Shown here piece by piece: positions 41,722 through 51,007 of a stretch of DNA of 64,000 bases (its first letter is position 1; the number at the start of each line of letters is the position of its first letter). Source of the DNA: Burkholderiales bacterium (GTDB lineage Bacteria > Pseudomonadota > Gammaproteobacteria > Burkholderiales > SG8-39); contig DATAID010000003.1 of the NCBI GenBank assembly GCA_036262835.1, forward strand, positions 34,328 through 98,327. The letters are read 5' to 3'. The translations under genes and the position numbers were made by a program. The notes under the pieces were generated by a model, which was not told where the DNA came from, did not search any database, and saw only the letters and a list, made by a program, of their open reading frames with translations.

Positions 41722-42426
41722 CTAGGCGGCGAGCGCTCGCACGCGCTGCGCCAGCGCTTCCATTCGCTGGTCGTGGATCCCCATGTCGCGCAGGTGGGCG
41801 ACCGTGTCGAACAGATAGTCGCAGCAGCGTCCGAGCGGGCCTTCGCCGCGTGCGAGGTAGCGCGCCATCGTCTCGGGGCCAAGACCGCCGCGGTAGCGCT
41901 CGTGCGCCTGGTTCGCAGCGAAGGCGATCGCGTGGGCGACGCCGTCAGCGGTTCGCGCCGCCACCCAGACCGGGCGATAGGAGCGCGTCATCATCTCGCG
42001 CCGCCAGAGCACATCCAGCTCTTCCTCGACCGCACGGGCGTGCAGGCGATAGGCGACGCCGTGGCAGCTGCCGCCGGGCTCGAGCGACAGCATCAAGCCG
42101 GGCCGCTCGGGGCTGCCGCGGCCGGCGCGCGCCAGCAGGCAGAATTCGCGATGAAAGCCGTGCACGAGCGCAGGACGTCGCTCGGCGTAACGGATCGCCG
42201 GATTCCACATAAGCGAGCCGTAGCCGAACACCCAGACGCTCGCCGGCTGCGGTGCCGCCTCAAGCATTTCGCGGATATGCGCCCGCCGCTCCGCCGGGGT
42301 CATCAGCTTGACGCGCGGACCGAGCAGACGCCGCGCCGCGGCATGCAGCGCGCCGTTCAACAGCGTCTCCCGGGTAAGCCTGAGCGCCCTACGGGCGCGC
42401 AGCGTAGGGCTCGTCTTCCGCGACAA
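41722..42426 (-). CDS. ChaC-family gamma-glutamylcyclotransferase
   Basis: VWVFGYGSLMWNP..., HGFHREFC; 234 aa. The start may lie downstream, since the track start overlaps the GST gene by 38 nt. Confidence 0.8.
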   Translation of the reverse strand: MSRKTSPTLRARRALRLTRETLLNGALHAAARRLLGPRVKLMTPAERRAHIREMLEAAPQPASVWVFGYGSLMWNPAIRYAERRPALVHGFHREFCLLARAGRGSPERPGLMLSLEPGGSCHGVAYRLHARAVEEELDVLWRREMMTRSYRPVWVAARTADGVAHAIAFAANQAHERYRGGLGPETMARYLARGEGPLGRCCDYLFDTVAHLRDMGIHDQRMEALAQRVRALAA

Positions 42427-43054
42427 ACTCGGTTTCCTTCACGGCGTCCGCGCTCCAGGCTTTGACGGCGGGCAAGTCGAGAAGCGCCTGCTGATAGCTC
42501 TGCGCCGCTCCTTTTAGCTCGACCGCGTAGGTCACGAAGCGCGTCGCGACCGGCGCGTAGAAGGCGTCCGCCGCGCTGAACTCGCCGAAGAGGTAAGGGC
42601 CTTTCGCCTGCGCCCAGATCGCGCTGATGCGCGCGATGTCCTTCGCCACGCCGTCGTTCATGCCCTTGCCCGGGTAGCGATTGCGAATATTCATCGGCAT
42701 GGCCGCGCGCAAGGCGCGAAAGCCCGAATGCATCTCGGCGGCGGCCGAGCGCGCCCGCGCGCGCAACCGCGCGTCGGCCGGCCAGATGCTGCGCCCGGGG
42801 AAGAGCTCGTGCAGGCGCTCGGCAATCGCGAGCGTGTCCCAGGTGGCGAAGCCTTTGCCGGGCTCGCCTTCCCAGAGCACGGGCACCAGGCCGCTCGGCG
42901 AAAGCTTGGCGATATGGTCGCGCCAGTCCTGCGACTCGAACTTGATCAGGCGCTCCTGGAACGGGATTTCGCGCCCGCGCAGCAGCGTCCAGGGGCGCAT
43001 CGACCAGGAGGAATAGTTCTTGTTTGCGATCACCAGCACGAGCGAAGCGCTCAT
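42389..43054 (-). CDS. Glutathione S-transferase family protein
   Basis: N-terminal thioredoxin-like fold (NKNYSSWSMRPW...VPVL) and a helical C-terminal domain; 221 aa. Confidence 0.8.
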   Translation of the reverse strand: MSASLVLVIANKNYSSWSMRPWTLLRGREIPFQERLIKFESQDWRDHIAKLSPSGLVPVLWEGEPGKGFATWDTLAIAERLHELFPGRSIWPADARLRARARSAAAEMHSGFRALRAAMPMNIRNRYPGKGMNDGVAKDIARISAIWAQAKGPYLFGEFSAADAFYAPVATRFVTYAVELKGAAQSYQQALLDLPAVKAWSADAVKETEFVAEDEPYAARP

Positions 43055-43064
43055 GCCGGGAATT

Positions 43065-44441
43065 CTATGCGGCTTTGCCCTGCGGCGCAGGGCTGCCCAC
43101 GGCGTACCAGTCCACCTTGCGGGTCGCGATCATCGCCGCGGCGAGGCACGCGAAGACGAGGAGCGACCCCATGAGGAGCGCGTGGTCCTCCGAGCGCAGC
43201 AGCACATAGAGCAGCCCGTATAGCAGCGCAAGCCCCGCCGCGAACCCCGCGCCCAGGCGCGCGCTCTTCAGGATGTGGCGCACGTAGTAGCCGAGCAGCG
43301 CGACGCAGGCGCCGGCGCCGATGGCATACGCGGAGGCGAAGCCCAGATGCTCGGAAAGCGAAATGAGCAGCAGGAAAAAGACGGCGAGCGCGCAGCCGAC
43401 GAGCGCGTATTGCAGCGGGTGGATCGCCAGGCGCGCGAGTATCTCGAAGAGAAAGAAGGCCGCGAAAGTGAGGCCGATGAAAAGAAAGCCGTACTTCAGC
43501 GAGCGCTCGACCGTGTGGTACAGATCCACTGGCTGGAAGAACGAGACCGCGAGCGTGTGATTGCTGAAGGGCTCGCATTGCCGCGATTGCAGGCAACGCT
43601 CGTAGACCTGCGCGAGGTTGGTCGCGAAATGCGATGTGCGCCAGCGCGCCGCAAAGCCATCCTGGCCGACGCGGGTGCCCGAATCCGGCAGGAGGCGGCC
43701 GGCGAAGCTCGGGTGCGCCCAAGTCGAGGCGAGCGCCACGCGCGTCGTGGCTCCGACCGGCACGATGTCGAGCCGCTCGGTGCCAAGAAGGATAAGCGAG
43801 ATCTTGAATTCGTAAACGGTCGGTGTCTTCGCGTCCGTCGCCGCGAGCGCTCCCAGATCGGCATGGATCCCGCTCGGCAGAGCGGCCGCTTCAAGGCCGC
43901 CGGGGTGCACTTGCGCTTCGGTGCCGTTCCATTCCACGAGCACCGGCTCGCGGATTCCCCGTGTATCCGAAACGCCCAGCACGAGCTGCGCGCGGCCCCA
44001 ATCGAGGCTTCCGGTGCCCTGCGCCACGCCCAGGCCGGGCGGCAGCGTGAACGACCCTTGGAGCGCGCCGCGCAGCGTGTAGAGATGCGCCTTGTAGAGG
44101 CCGCGATGCTTTTCCTGCAGCTCGATCGCGCCCTCGATCGCAAGCGTGTCGGGAAGAAGGGCGATATGCCCACGCTCGATGCGCTCTTTCCGCGCGGTGC
44201 GGGTATGGCCGCCGTCGTCGGTGATCGTCGTCGCCTCCACGCTGCGGCGGGTCCAGGGGATGTAGAGCACGGGCCCGGCGATCTTCTGCGGCTCGCTCGC
44301 GCTGCGGCCGATGTCCGCGACCACGCCGTCGCGAAGGCCCTTTCGCTCGGCGACGAGCGCGCGCACCATCTTGAGCGGCACCTGCAGGATCAGGCCGACC
44401 GCCAGGATCAGGCCGATTTTCCAGAGCAGCGCTTTCTGCAT
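43065..44441 (-). CDS. creD: Cell envelope integrity protein CreD
   Basis: 458 aa. The N-terminal pattern matches E. coli CreD (ER..R..V..I..SAS.PQK..GP...IP). Multi-TM C-terminal half. GGAGG RBS before ATG 44441. Confidence 0.85.
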   Translation of the reverse strand: MQKALLWKIGLILAVGLILQVPLKMVRALVAERKGLRDGVVADIGRSASEPQKIAGPVLYIPWTRRSVEATTITDDGGHTRTARKERIERGHIALLPDTLAIEGAIELQEKHRGLYKAHLYTLRGALQGSFTLPPGLGVAQGTGSLDWGRAQLVLGVSDTRGIREPVLVEWNGTEAQVHPGGLEAAALPSGIHADLGALAATDAKTPTVYEFKISLILLGTERLDIVPVGATTRVALASTWAHPSFAGRLLPDSGTRVGQDGFAARWRTSHFATNLAQVYERCLQSRQCEPFSNHTLAVSFFQPVDLYHTVERSLKYGFLFIGLTFAAFFLFEILARLAIHPLQYALVGCALAVFFLLLISLSEHLGFASAYAIGAGACVALLGYYVRHILKSARLGAGFAAGLALLYGLLYVLLRSEDHALLMGSLLVFACLAAAMIATRKVDWYAVGSPAPQGKAA

Positions 44442-44601
44442 GCCTCCTCGCGGGTATCGCTCATCTGCCGAAGCGCGCGGGCGGCGCCAGGACCGTGTCC
44501 CGATCCTCCTTTCTCGATCCGGCGCGCCCGACGCCGCGGTTCATGCGGGTCGAAGTCGCGCGGCAGCGCGCATTCGATCCCCAATTCCGTCTCGCCGTAG
44601 C

Positions 44602-44721
44602 TCATGCCGTCGCGAGCAGCATCGTCACGCCCGCGAGCACGACGCTCACGAACACGCCCACGGCAAGGGCGAGCGCGACCTGGGCGACGATTTCTGCGGC
44701 GAAGTGCTGGGTTTTTTCCAT
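44602..44721 (-). CDS. Candidate 39-aa single-pass membrane peptide (hypothetical)
   Basis: GAGGAGG lies 4 nt upstream of ATG 44721. Product MEKTQHFAAEIVAQVALALAVGVFVSVVLAGVTMLLATA. GC3-rich codons. Its stop overlaps the ATG of a further 65-aa ORF (ATGA). Confidence 0.4.
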   Translation of the reverse strand: MEKTQHFAAEIVAQVALALAVGVFVSVVLAGVTMLLATA

Positions 44722-44869
44722 GGCCCCTCCTCGGTTGTCGGCGTCATTGAAAGCCCCGAAAGAGCCGGCGCGAGGTCGAGGTTGTGGCGAGCTGCGGACC
44801 AAAAAGGGCAAAGAAATGACGCCTCTCCGGACGGCCTTTCTCCCGGAAGCGTTCCGGTATAGTCGGCGC

Positions 44870-45559
44870 ATGGCCCGCCGTATCGCCGTCGTGGAGGATG
44901 ACGCCGCCATCCGCGCCAACTACGCCGAGGCGCTCAAGCGCCACGGCTACGACGTGGCGGCCTACCCGGGACGGCGCGAGGCGATGGACGCGCTGCGTTC
45001 ACGCCTGCCGGACCTTGCAATCATCGACATCGGCCTGGGCGACGAGGCCGAAGGCGGCTTCGCGCTTTGCCGCGAGCTGCGCGCGCTTTCCGCCCAGCTG
45101 CCGATCGTCTTTCTCACCGCGCGCGACTCGGACTTCGACGTGGTCTCGGGCCTGCGCCTGGGCGCCGACGACTACCTCACCAAGGAGGTGAGCCTGCCGC
45201 ATCTGATGGCGCGTATCGGCGCGCTCTTTCGCCGCGTGGACGCGCTCGCGGAGTCCAAGCCTGCCGAGGAGCGCATCGTGCGCGGCCCGCTCGAGCTCGA
45301 TCTCAAGCGCTTCAGCGCGCAGTGGCGCTCGGCGCGAATCGAGCTGACCTTGACCGAATTCTGGATCGTTCATTCGCTCGCGCGGCATCCGGGGCACGTC
45401 AAAAGCCGCGACCAGCTCATGCGCGACGCCGAGCTCGTGGTCGACGACGCCACCATTACTTCGCACGTCAAGCGCGTGCGCGCCAAATTCCTCGCCGGCG
45501 ACCCGGCGTTCGACGCGATCGAGACCGTGTACGGCCTCGGTTACCGCTGGAACGCCTAG
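44870..45559 (+). CDS. OmpR/PhoB-family response regulator (alternative start ATG 44816)
   Basis: RIAVVEDD..., DLAIIDIGL, and a winged-helix C-terminus (VYGLGYRW). Confidence 0.88.
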   Translation: MARRIAVVEDDAAIRANYAEALKRHGYDVAAYPGRREAMDALRSRLPDLAIIDIGLGDEAEGGFALCRELRALSAQLPIVFLTARDSDFDVVSGLRLGADDYLTKEVSLPHLMARIGALFRRVDALAESKPAEERIVRGPLELDLKRFSAQWRSARIELTLTEFWIVHSLARHPGHVKSRDQLMRDAELVVDDATITSHVKRVRAKFLAGDPAFDAIETVYGLGYRWNA

Positions 45560-45572
45560 GCGCGCTCTTCCG

Positions 45573-47159
45573 ATGAGCCGGTTTCCGCTGCGCGCGAAGC
45601 TTGCGCTCGTCGCGCTCACGCTGCTCGCCCTGCCCTGGGCCGGCTGGATGTATGTGCGCGAAATGGAGCGCTTTCTCCTCGCCGCGCAGGAGGAGGCGCT
45701 CGCCGCGACCGCACGCGCGATCGCCACGGCGCTGCACGAGCGCCCGCAGCTGCTCGCCTACCGCGCCACGCCCGAATCCGTGCTGCGCGAGGAAGCGGAA
45801 AAGGAGCTCAGGCGGCTTGCCGGGGACGTGATCGAGCGCGAGGAGCCGGCGCGCAGCCGCGCGCCCGACGGCGAGATCGCGGCCATCCTGAAGGGCCTGG
45901 AGCGCGGTAACTCGCGCATCTGGGTGGTGAGCCGCGACTACCGCGTGCTCGCCCTGGCGGGGAGCCTGAAGCGAGACCCCGAGCCCCCGCGCCTCGCCGA
46001 GCGGCTGCTCGGTTGGCTGATCGCCCCGCCAACCGAGGACTTCGACGACGCGATTGCCCAGGATGCGATCGCTGCGGGGCGCGAGGTTGCCTCCGCGCTG
46101 CAGGGCGCGGCCGCCAAGCGCGCGCGCCGGACGCGCGATGAGCGCGCCGTGGTGCTCTCGGCCGCCTATCCCATCTGGGTCGGGGATGAAGTGCACGGCG
46201 CGGTGGTGGTCGAGGAAACGACCAACCGGATCGCCTCCCTGCGCAGCCAGGCGCTTGAGCGCCTGGTCGTCGCGACCCTCGCGCTTTTCGCGCTGGTGGG
46301 CGCGATCCTGCTCTGGTTCGCGACGCGCATCTCGAACCGGATCCGGCGCCTCTCGGACGAGGCGGAGGCGGCGATCGATGCGCGCGGCCGGGTCACGCGC
46401 CTCACCACGGCCTCCGAGGCGGGCGACGAGATCGGCGACCTTTCGCGCAGCTTCAGCACCGTGCTCGAGCGCCTGGCGCGCTACAACGCCTACCTGGAAG
46501 CGCTCGCGGGGCGGCTCTCGCACGAGCTGCGCACCCCCGTGGCCGTGGTGCGCTCCTCCCTCGAGAATCTGCACGCGGCGCGCACGGCCGAAGAAACGCG
46601 CACCTATCTCTCCCGCGCCGAAGAGGGCCTCGCGCGCCTCTCCACGATTCTCGCCCGCATGACCGAGGCGAGCCGCCTCGAGCAGAGCCTGCAATCGGCC
46701 GCGCGCGAGCGTTTCGACGCCTCGCTCGTGGTGCGCGGGTGCGCCGAAGGCTACCGCATGGCTTACGCCCCCCGCACGTTCGAGCTGTCGCTCCCCGAAA
46801 GCCCGGTGACGGCGCACGGCGTTCCCGATCTGCTCGCGCAAATGCTCGACAAGCTGGTCGAGAACGCCGTGGACTTCGCAACTCCCGGCACGGCCATTCG
46901 GATTTCACTCGCCGTGGCGGGCGGCAGCGCGCGGCTGCGAGTCGAGAATGACGGACCGACCTTGCCCGAGTCGGTGCGCGATTCGCTCTTTGCCTCGATG
47001 GTCTCGCATCGCGAGGAGCGCACGGCCGCCGCCCCGCACCTTGGACTCGGGCTTTATATCGCGCGCCTGATCGCCGAGTTCCATGGCGGGACGCTGCACG
47101 CGGAGAATCTTCCCGGCTCGCGCGGCGTCGCTTTCGAAGCCACGCTCGCGGCGGCCTGA
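45573..47159 (+). CDS. Sensor histidine kinase (2 TM, periplasmic domain, HAMP, HisKA, HATPase)
   Basis: H-box LSHELRTPVAVV; N and G boxes (VENAVDF, GLGLGLYIA). Lies 13 nt downstream of the response regulator. Confidence 0.9.
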   Translation: MSRFPLRAKLALVALTLLALPWAGWMYVREMERFLLAAQEEALAATARAIATALHERPQLLAYRATPESVLREEAEKELRRLAGDVIEREEPARSRAPDGEIAAILKGLERGNSRIWVVSRDYRVLALAGSLKRDPEPPRLAERLLGWLIAPPTEDFDDAIAQDAIAAGREVASALQGAAAKRARRTRDERAVVLSAAYPIWVGDEVHGAVVVEETTNRIASLRSQALERLVVATLALFALVGAILLWFATRISNRIRRLSDEAEAAIDARGRVTRLTTASEAGDEIGDLSRSFSTVLERLARYNAYLEALAGRLSHELRTPVAVVRSSLENLHAARTAEETRTYLSRAEEGLARLSTILARMTEASRLEQSLQSAARERFDASLVVRGCAEGYRMAYAPRTFELSLPESPVTAHGVPDLLAQMLDKLVENAVDFATPGTAIRISLAVAGGSARLRVENDGPTLPESVRDSLFASMVSHREERTAAAPHLGLGLYIARLIAEFHGGTLHAENLPGSRGVAFEATLAAA

Positions 47160-47185
47160 TCGGGCAAAATCGGGGCGGGGATTCC

Positions 47186-48646
47186 GTGGACACCTACGAC
47201 CTTTTCGTCATTGGGGGCGGCATCAATGGCGCCGGCATCGCGCGCGACGCGGCCGGCCGCGGGCTGTCGGTGCTGCTCGCCGAGAAGGACGATCTTGCGA
47301 GCGCGACCTCGTCCTCCTCCTCCAAGATGATCCACGGCGGCCTGCGCTATCTCGAGCTCTACGAGTTTCGCCTCGTCGCCGAAGCGCTCGCCGAGCGCGA
47401 GGTGCTGCTCAAGGTGGCCGCGCACCTCGTGTGGCCGGCGCGCTTTGTCATGCCGCACGTCCCCGAGCTGCGCCCGCGCTGGATGATCCGCGCCGGCCTC
47501 TTCCTCTACGATCACCTCGCGCGCCGCGCGAGCCTGCCCGGCTCCAAGGCGATCCGCCTCGATGCCCCGCCTTACAGCTCCGGACTCAAGCCGCAGTTCC
47601 GACACGGCTTCATCTACTCCGATTGCCGCGTCGACGACGCCCGGCTTGTCGTGGCCACCGCCATGGATGCGCGCGAGCGCAAGGCGCGGATTCTCACGCG
47701 CACCGGGTGCCTGGCGGCGCAGCGTGTCGACGGTGGGTGGCGCGCGCGACTGTCCAATGGCGAGGAGATCTCGGCGCGCGTGGTCGTGAACGCCGCGGGT
47801 CCCTGGGTCAAGACCGTGCTGAATGACAAGCTTGCGCAGCCTTCGCGCGACGCGGTGCGCCTGGTGAAGGGAAGCCACATCGTCGTGCCCAAGCGCTATG
47901 AAGGCGAGCACGCCTTCATCCTGCAGAACGACGATGGGCGGGTCATCTTCATGATCCCCTATGGGGACCTCCATACGCTGATCGGCACCACCGATATTCC
48001 GGTCGAAGGCGAAGTCGCACATCCGCAGGCGAGCGCGGAGGAGATCGCCTACATCTGTCGCGCGGTGAACCGGTACCTTGAGCGCCCCACCCGCCCCGAA
48101 GACGTGGTGTGGAGCTATTCGGGCGTGCGCCCGCTCTACGACGACGGCAGCTCCGATCCGTCGGACGTCACGCGCGACTACACCTTGCGGGTCGACGATG
48201 TGGAGGGCAAGGCGCCCGTGCTTTCGGTGTTCGGCGGAAAAATCACGACCTATCGCCGCCTCGCCGAGCATGCGATGGAGAAGCTCGCGCCCTATTTCCC
48301 GGGGTTGAAGCCCGCCTGGACCGCCCGCACGCCGCTGTCCGGCAGCGACTTCGGCGGCGCCTCGCGCATCGAGGCGCGCGATGCCTTTTTCACGAGCCAT
48401 CCGAATCTCGCCGAATCGATGCTGCGGCCGATCTTCCGCCGCCATGGCAGCCACGCACAGGTCGTGGTCGGCGACGGCGACCTGGGCGAGGATCTCGGCG
48501 CCGGCCTCACCGAGCGCGAGATCCGCTATCTGGTGGAGCACGAGTGGGCCCAGACGGCCGAAGACGTGCTCTGGCGCCGCACCAAGGCGGGCCTTCTCAT
48601 GACTCAAGCCCAGCGCGCGCGCGTCGCAGCGCTTTTTCGCCGATGA
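47186..48646 (+). CDS. glpD: FAD-dependent (aerobic) glycerol-3-phosphate dehydrogenase
   Basis: YDLFVIGGGINGAGIARDAAGRG...SSSSSKMIHGGLRYLE; GTG start. Confidence 0.9.
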   Translation: MDTYDLFVIGGGINGAGIARDAAGRGLSVLLAEKDDLASATSSSSSKMIHGGLRYLELYEFRLVAEALAEREVLLKVAAHLVWPARFVMPHVPELRPRWMIRAGLFLYDHLARRASLPGSKAIRLDAPPYSSGLKPQFRHGFIYSDCRVDDARLVVATAMDARERKARILTRTGCLAAQRVDGGWRARLSNGEEISARVVVNAAGPWVKTVLNDKLAQPSRDAVRLVKGSHIVVPKRYEGEHAFILQNDDGRVIFMIPYGDLHTLIGTTDIPVEGEVAHPQASAEEIAYICRAVNRYLERPTRPEDVVWSYSGVRPLYDDGSSDPSDVTRDYTLRVDDVEGKAPVLSVFGGKITTYRRLAEHAMEKLAPYFPGLKPAWTARTPLSGSDFGGASRIEARDAFFTSHPNLAESMLRPIFRRHGSHAQVVVGDGDLGEDLGAGLTEREIRYLVEHEWAQTAEDVLWRRTKAGLLMTQAQRARVAALFRR

Positions 48647-49419
48647 GACCGCTCGCCGACCTGCGGGGCTCCGGCATCCGCGGACTGCTTTTCGACATCG
48701 ACGAGACGCTCACCACCGAAGGCAAGCTGACGGCGGAGGCTTATGCGGCCATGGAAGCGCTCAAGCGCGCCGGGCGGATCGTCGTGCCGGTCACCGGGCG
48801 CGCGGCGGGCTGGTGCGATCACATCGCGCGCATGTGGCCCGTCGATGCGGTGATCGGCGAGAACGGCGCGTTCTACTTCTGGCTCGGCGAGGGCAAGCTG
48901 CAGCGGCGCTTTCACGACGCCCCGGCGGCGCGGGCGGAAAAGCAGCGGCGGCTGGAGGGCATCGCCCAATCGATCCTCCAGGCCGTGCCCGGTTGCGCGC
49001 TTGCCTCCGACCAGCGCTACCGCGAGACCGATCTCGCCATCGACTACTGCGAAGACGTGCCGGCCCTGCCGCTCGAGGCCGCCGGGCGCATTGCGGCGCT
49101 CATGCGCGCGGCGGGACTGACGGCGCGCATCAGCTCGATCCATGTGAACGGCTGGTTCGGGGATTACGACAAGCTCGCGATGGCGCGCACTTGCCTGCGC
49201 GAGCGCTTCGGCCTCGATCTCGAGACCGCCAATCGCAGCCTCGCCTTCGCGGGCGACTCGCCGAACGACGCGCCGATGTTTGGCTTTTTCGACAATTCCG
49301 TGGGCGTTGCCAACGTGCGGCGCTTCGAGGGCGTGCTCGAGCAGCCGCCCAAGTACGTCACCGGGGCTGCGGCAGGCGCGGGCTTTGCGGAATTGGCCGC
49401 GCATCTGCTCGCCGGATGA
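48643..49419 (+). CDS. HAD-superfamily (IIB-like) hydrolase
   Basis: Starts MRPLADL... (ATG 48643, ATGA overlap with glpD). Motif I LLFDIDETLT, motif IV GDSPNDAPMF. Confidence 0.8.
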   Translation: MRPLADLRGSGIRGLLFDIDETLTTEGKLTAEAYAAMEALKRAGRIVVPVTGRAAGWCDHIARMWPVDAVIGENGAFYFWLGEGKLQRRFHDAPAARAEKQRRLEGIAQSILQAVPGCALASDQRYRETDLAIDYCEDVPALPLEAAGRIAALMRAAGLTARISSIHVNGWFGDYDKLAMARTCLRERFGLDLETANRSLAFAGDSPNDAPMFGFFDNSVGVANVRRFEGVLEQPPKYVTGAAAGAGFAELAAHLLAG

Positions 49420-49462
49420 GGCAAACTTCCGCCTTCGCAGAGTGAAAGGGTGAAAGGGCACC

Positions 49463-49780
49463 ATGGCGGGCTACCGTCGCCACGTATTCGTCTGTCTCAA
49501 CGAGCGCGATCCGGGTGATCCGCGCGGCTGCTGCAAACGGCGCGGCGCCGAGGCAGTGTTCGACACGCTGAAAAAGGGCGCCGGCAAGGCCGGGCTCAAG
49601 GACGTGCGCGTGAATCGCGCAGGCTGCCTCGATCACTGCGAGTTCGGGCCCACGGTCGTGGTCTATCCCGAAGCGGTCTGGTACCACGTTCCGACGGTGG
49701 AAGACGCTGAAGAGGTCCTGCGCTCCCACATCATCGAAGGAAAGGTGGTCGATCGCCTGCTGATCGACCGGATGGGCTGA
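49463..49780 (+). CDS. Thioredoxin-like [2Fe-2S] ferredoxin
   Basis: HVFVC...GCC...GCLDHCEFGPTVVVYP cysteine pattern; 105 aa. Confidence 0.8.
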   Translation: MAGYRRHVFVCLNERDPGDPRGCCKRRGAEAVFDTLKKGAGKAGLKDVRVNRAGCLDHCEFGPTVVVYPEAVWYHVPTVEDAEEVLRSHIIEGKVVDRLLIDRMG

Positions 49781-51003
49781 TGGCCGGCCCTCTTTCGCAC
49801 GTCCGAGTCCTCGACCTTTCGCGCGTGCTTGCCGCGCCGTGGGCGGGCCAGAACCTCGCCGACCTCGGCGCCGAAGTGATCAAGGTCGAGCGCCCCAGGG
49901 TCGGCGACGATTCGCGCGCCTTCGGTCCGCCGTGGCTCAAGGATGGCCAGGGCCGCGATACCAAGGACTCCGCGTACTTCACTTCGGCGAATCGCGGCAA
50001 GAAGTCGATCACGGTCAATCTCGCCAAGCCCGAGGGGCAGGCGCTCGTGCGCGCGCTCGCCGCGAAGTCCGACGTGCTGCTCGAGAACTACAAGTACGGC
50101 GATCTGAAGCGCTACGGCCTTTCCTACGACGACCTGAAGAAGGACAACCCGGGCCTGATCTACTGCTCGGTCACCGGCTTCGGCCACACCGGTCCTTACC
50201 GCGAGCGCCCCGGGTACGACTTCATGATCCAGGGCATGGGCGGGATGATGAGCGTGACGGGGCTTCCCGACGGCCAGCCCGGCGGCGGCCCGCAGCGCGC
50301 TGGCGTCCCCGTCGCGGACATCATTACCGGCATGTACGCCTCGATCGCGATTTGCGCCGCGCTCGCCCACCGCGCGGTCACGGGCAAGGGCCAGCACCTC
50401 GACCTCGCGCTGCTCGACTCGCAGATCGCGCTGCTCGCCTACCAGAACACGAACTACTTCTCGACCGGCAAAGCGCCCGGCCGCATCGGTAACCTGCACC
50501 CCAACATCGTTCCCTATCAGCCGTTCAAGACCAAGGACGGCGAAGTGATCATCGCCTGCGGCAACGACAACCTGTTCGGCAAGTTCTGCGAAGCCGCGGG
50601 CGCGCCCGAGCTCGCGCGCGATGCGCGCTTTGCGACCAACGGCAAGCGGGTCGAGAACCGCGCCGAGATCACGAAGATCGTGCAGGACATTTTCTCGAAG
50701 AAGACGACCGCCGAATGGCTCGAGCTGCTGGAGGCGGCCGGGGTGCCGAACGGCCCGATCTATGACATCGCCGAGGTATTCGCCGAGCCGCAGGTGAAGG
50801 CGCGCGGCGTGAAAATCGAGCTCGAGCATCCGAGCGCTGGCAAGGTGCCGCTCGTGGCGAGCCCGATGCGCTTCTCGGGCACGCCGCTGGAATACCGGCA
50901 GGCGCCGCCGGTGCTGGGGCAGCACACCGACGAGGTGCTGAAAGGGCTGCTCGGCAAGAGCGACGCGGAGATCCGGGACCTCCGCGCCGCGGGGATTCTC
51001 TGA
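49780..51003 (+). CDS. Family III CoA-transferase (CaiB/BaiF)
   Basis: GPLSHVRVLDLSRVLAAPWAGQNLADLGAEVIKVE; 407 aa. Confidence 0.9.
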   Translation: MAGPLSHVRVLDLSRVLAAPWAGQNLADLGAEVIKVERPRVGDDSRAFGPPWLKDGQGRDTKDSAYFTSANRGKKSITVNLAKPEGQALVRALAAKSDVLLENYKYGDLKRYGLSYDDLKKDNPGLIYCSVTGFGHTGPYRERPGYDFMIQGMGGMMSVTGLPDGQPGGGPQRAGVPVADIITGMYASIAICAALAHRAVTGKGQHLDLALLDSQIALLAYQNTNYFSTGKAPGRIGNLHPNIVPYQPFKTKDGEVIIACGNDNLFGKFCEAAGAPELARDARFATNGKRVENRAEITKIVQDIFSKKTTAEWLELLEAAGVPNGPIYDIAEVFAEPQVKARGVKIELEHPSAGKVPLVASPMRFSGTPLEYRQAPPVLGQHTDEVLKGLLGKSDAEIRDLRAAGIL

Positions 51004-51007
51004 CGTT

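Noticed and set aside
44408-44605. 65-aa ORF between the small TM peptide and creD, considered as an annotated CDS
   Set aside because: It has no recognisable motif, a charged low-complexity sequence, a 34-nt overlap with creD and only moderate codon bias. It is kept as a hypothesis in the findings rather than a feature.
44870-47159. Naming the divergent two-component pair creB/creC
   Set aside because: The adjacency to creD is suggestive. However, the orientation differs from the E. coli creABCD operon, and I cannot establish orthology from motif reading alone.
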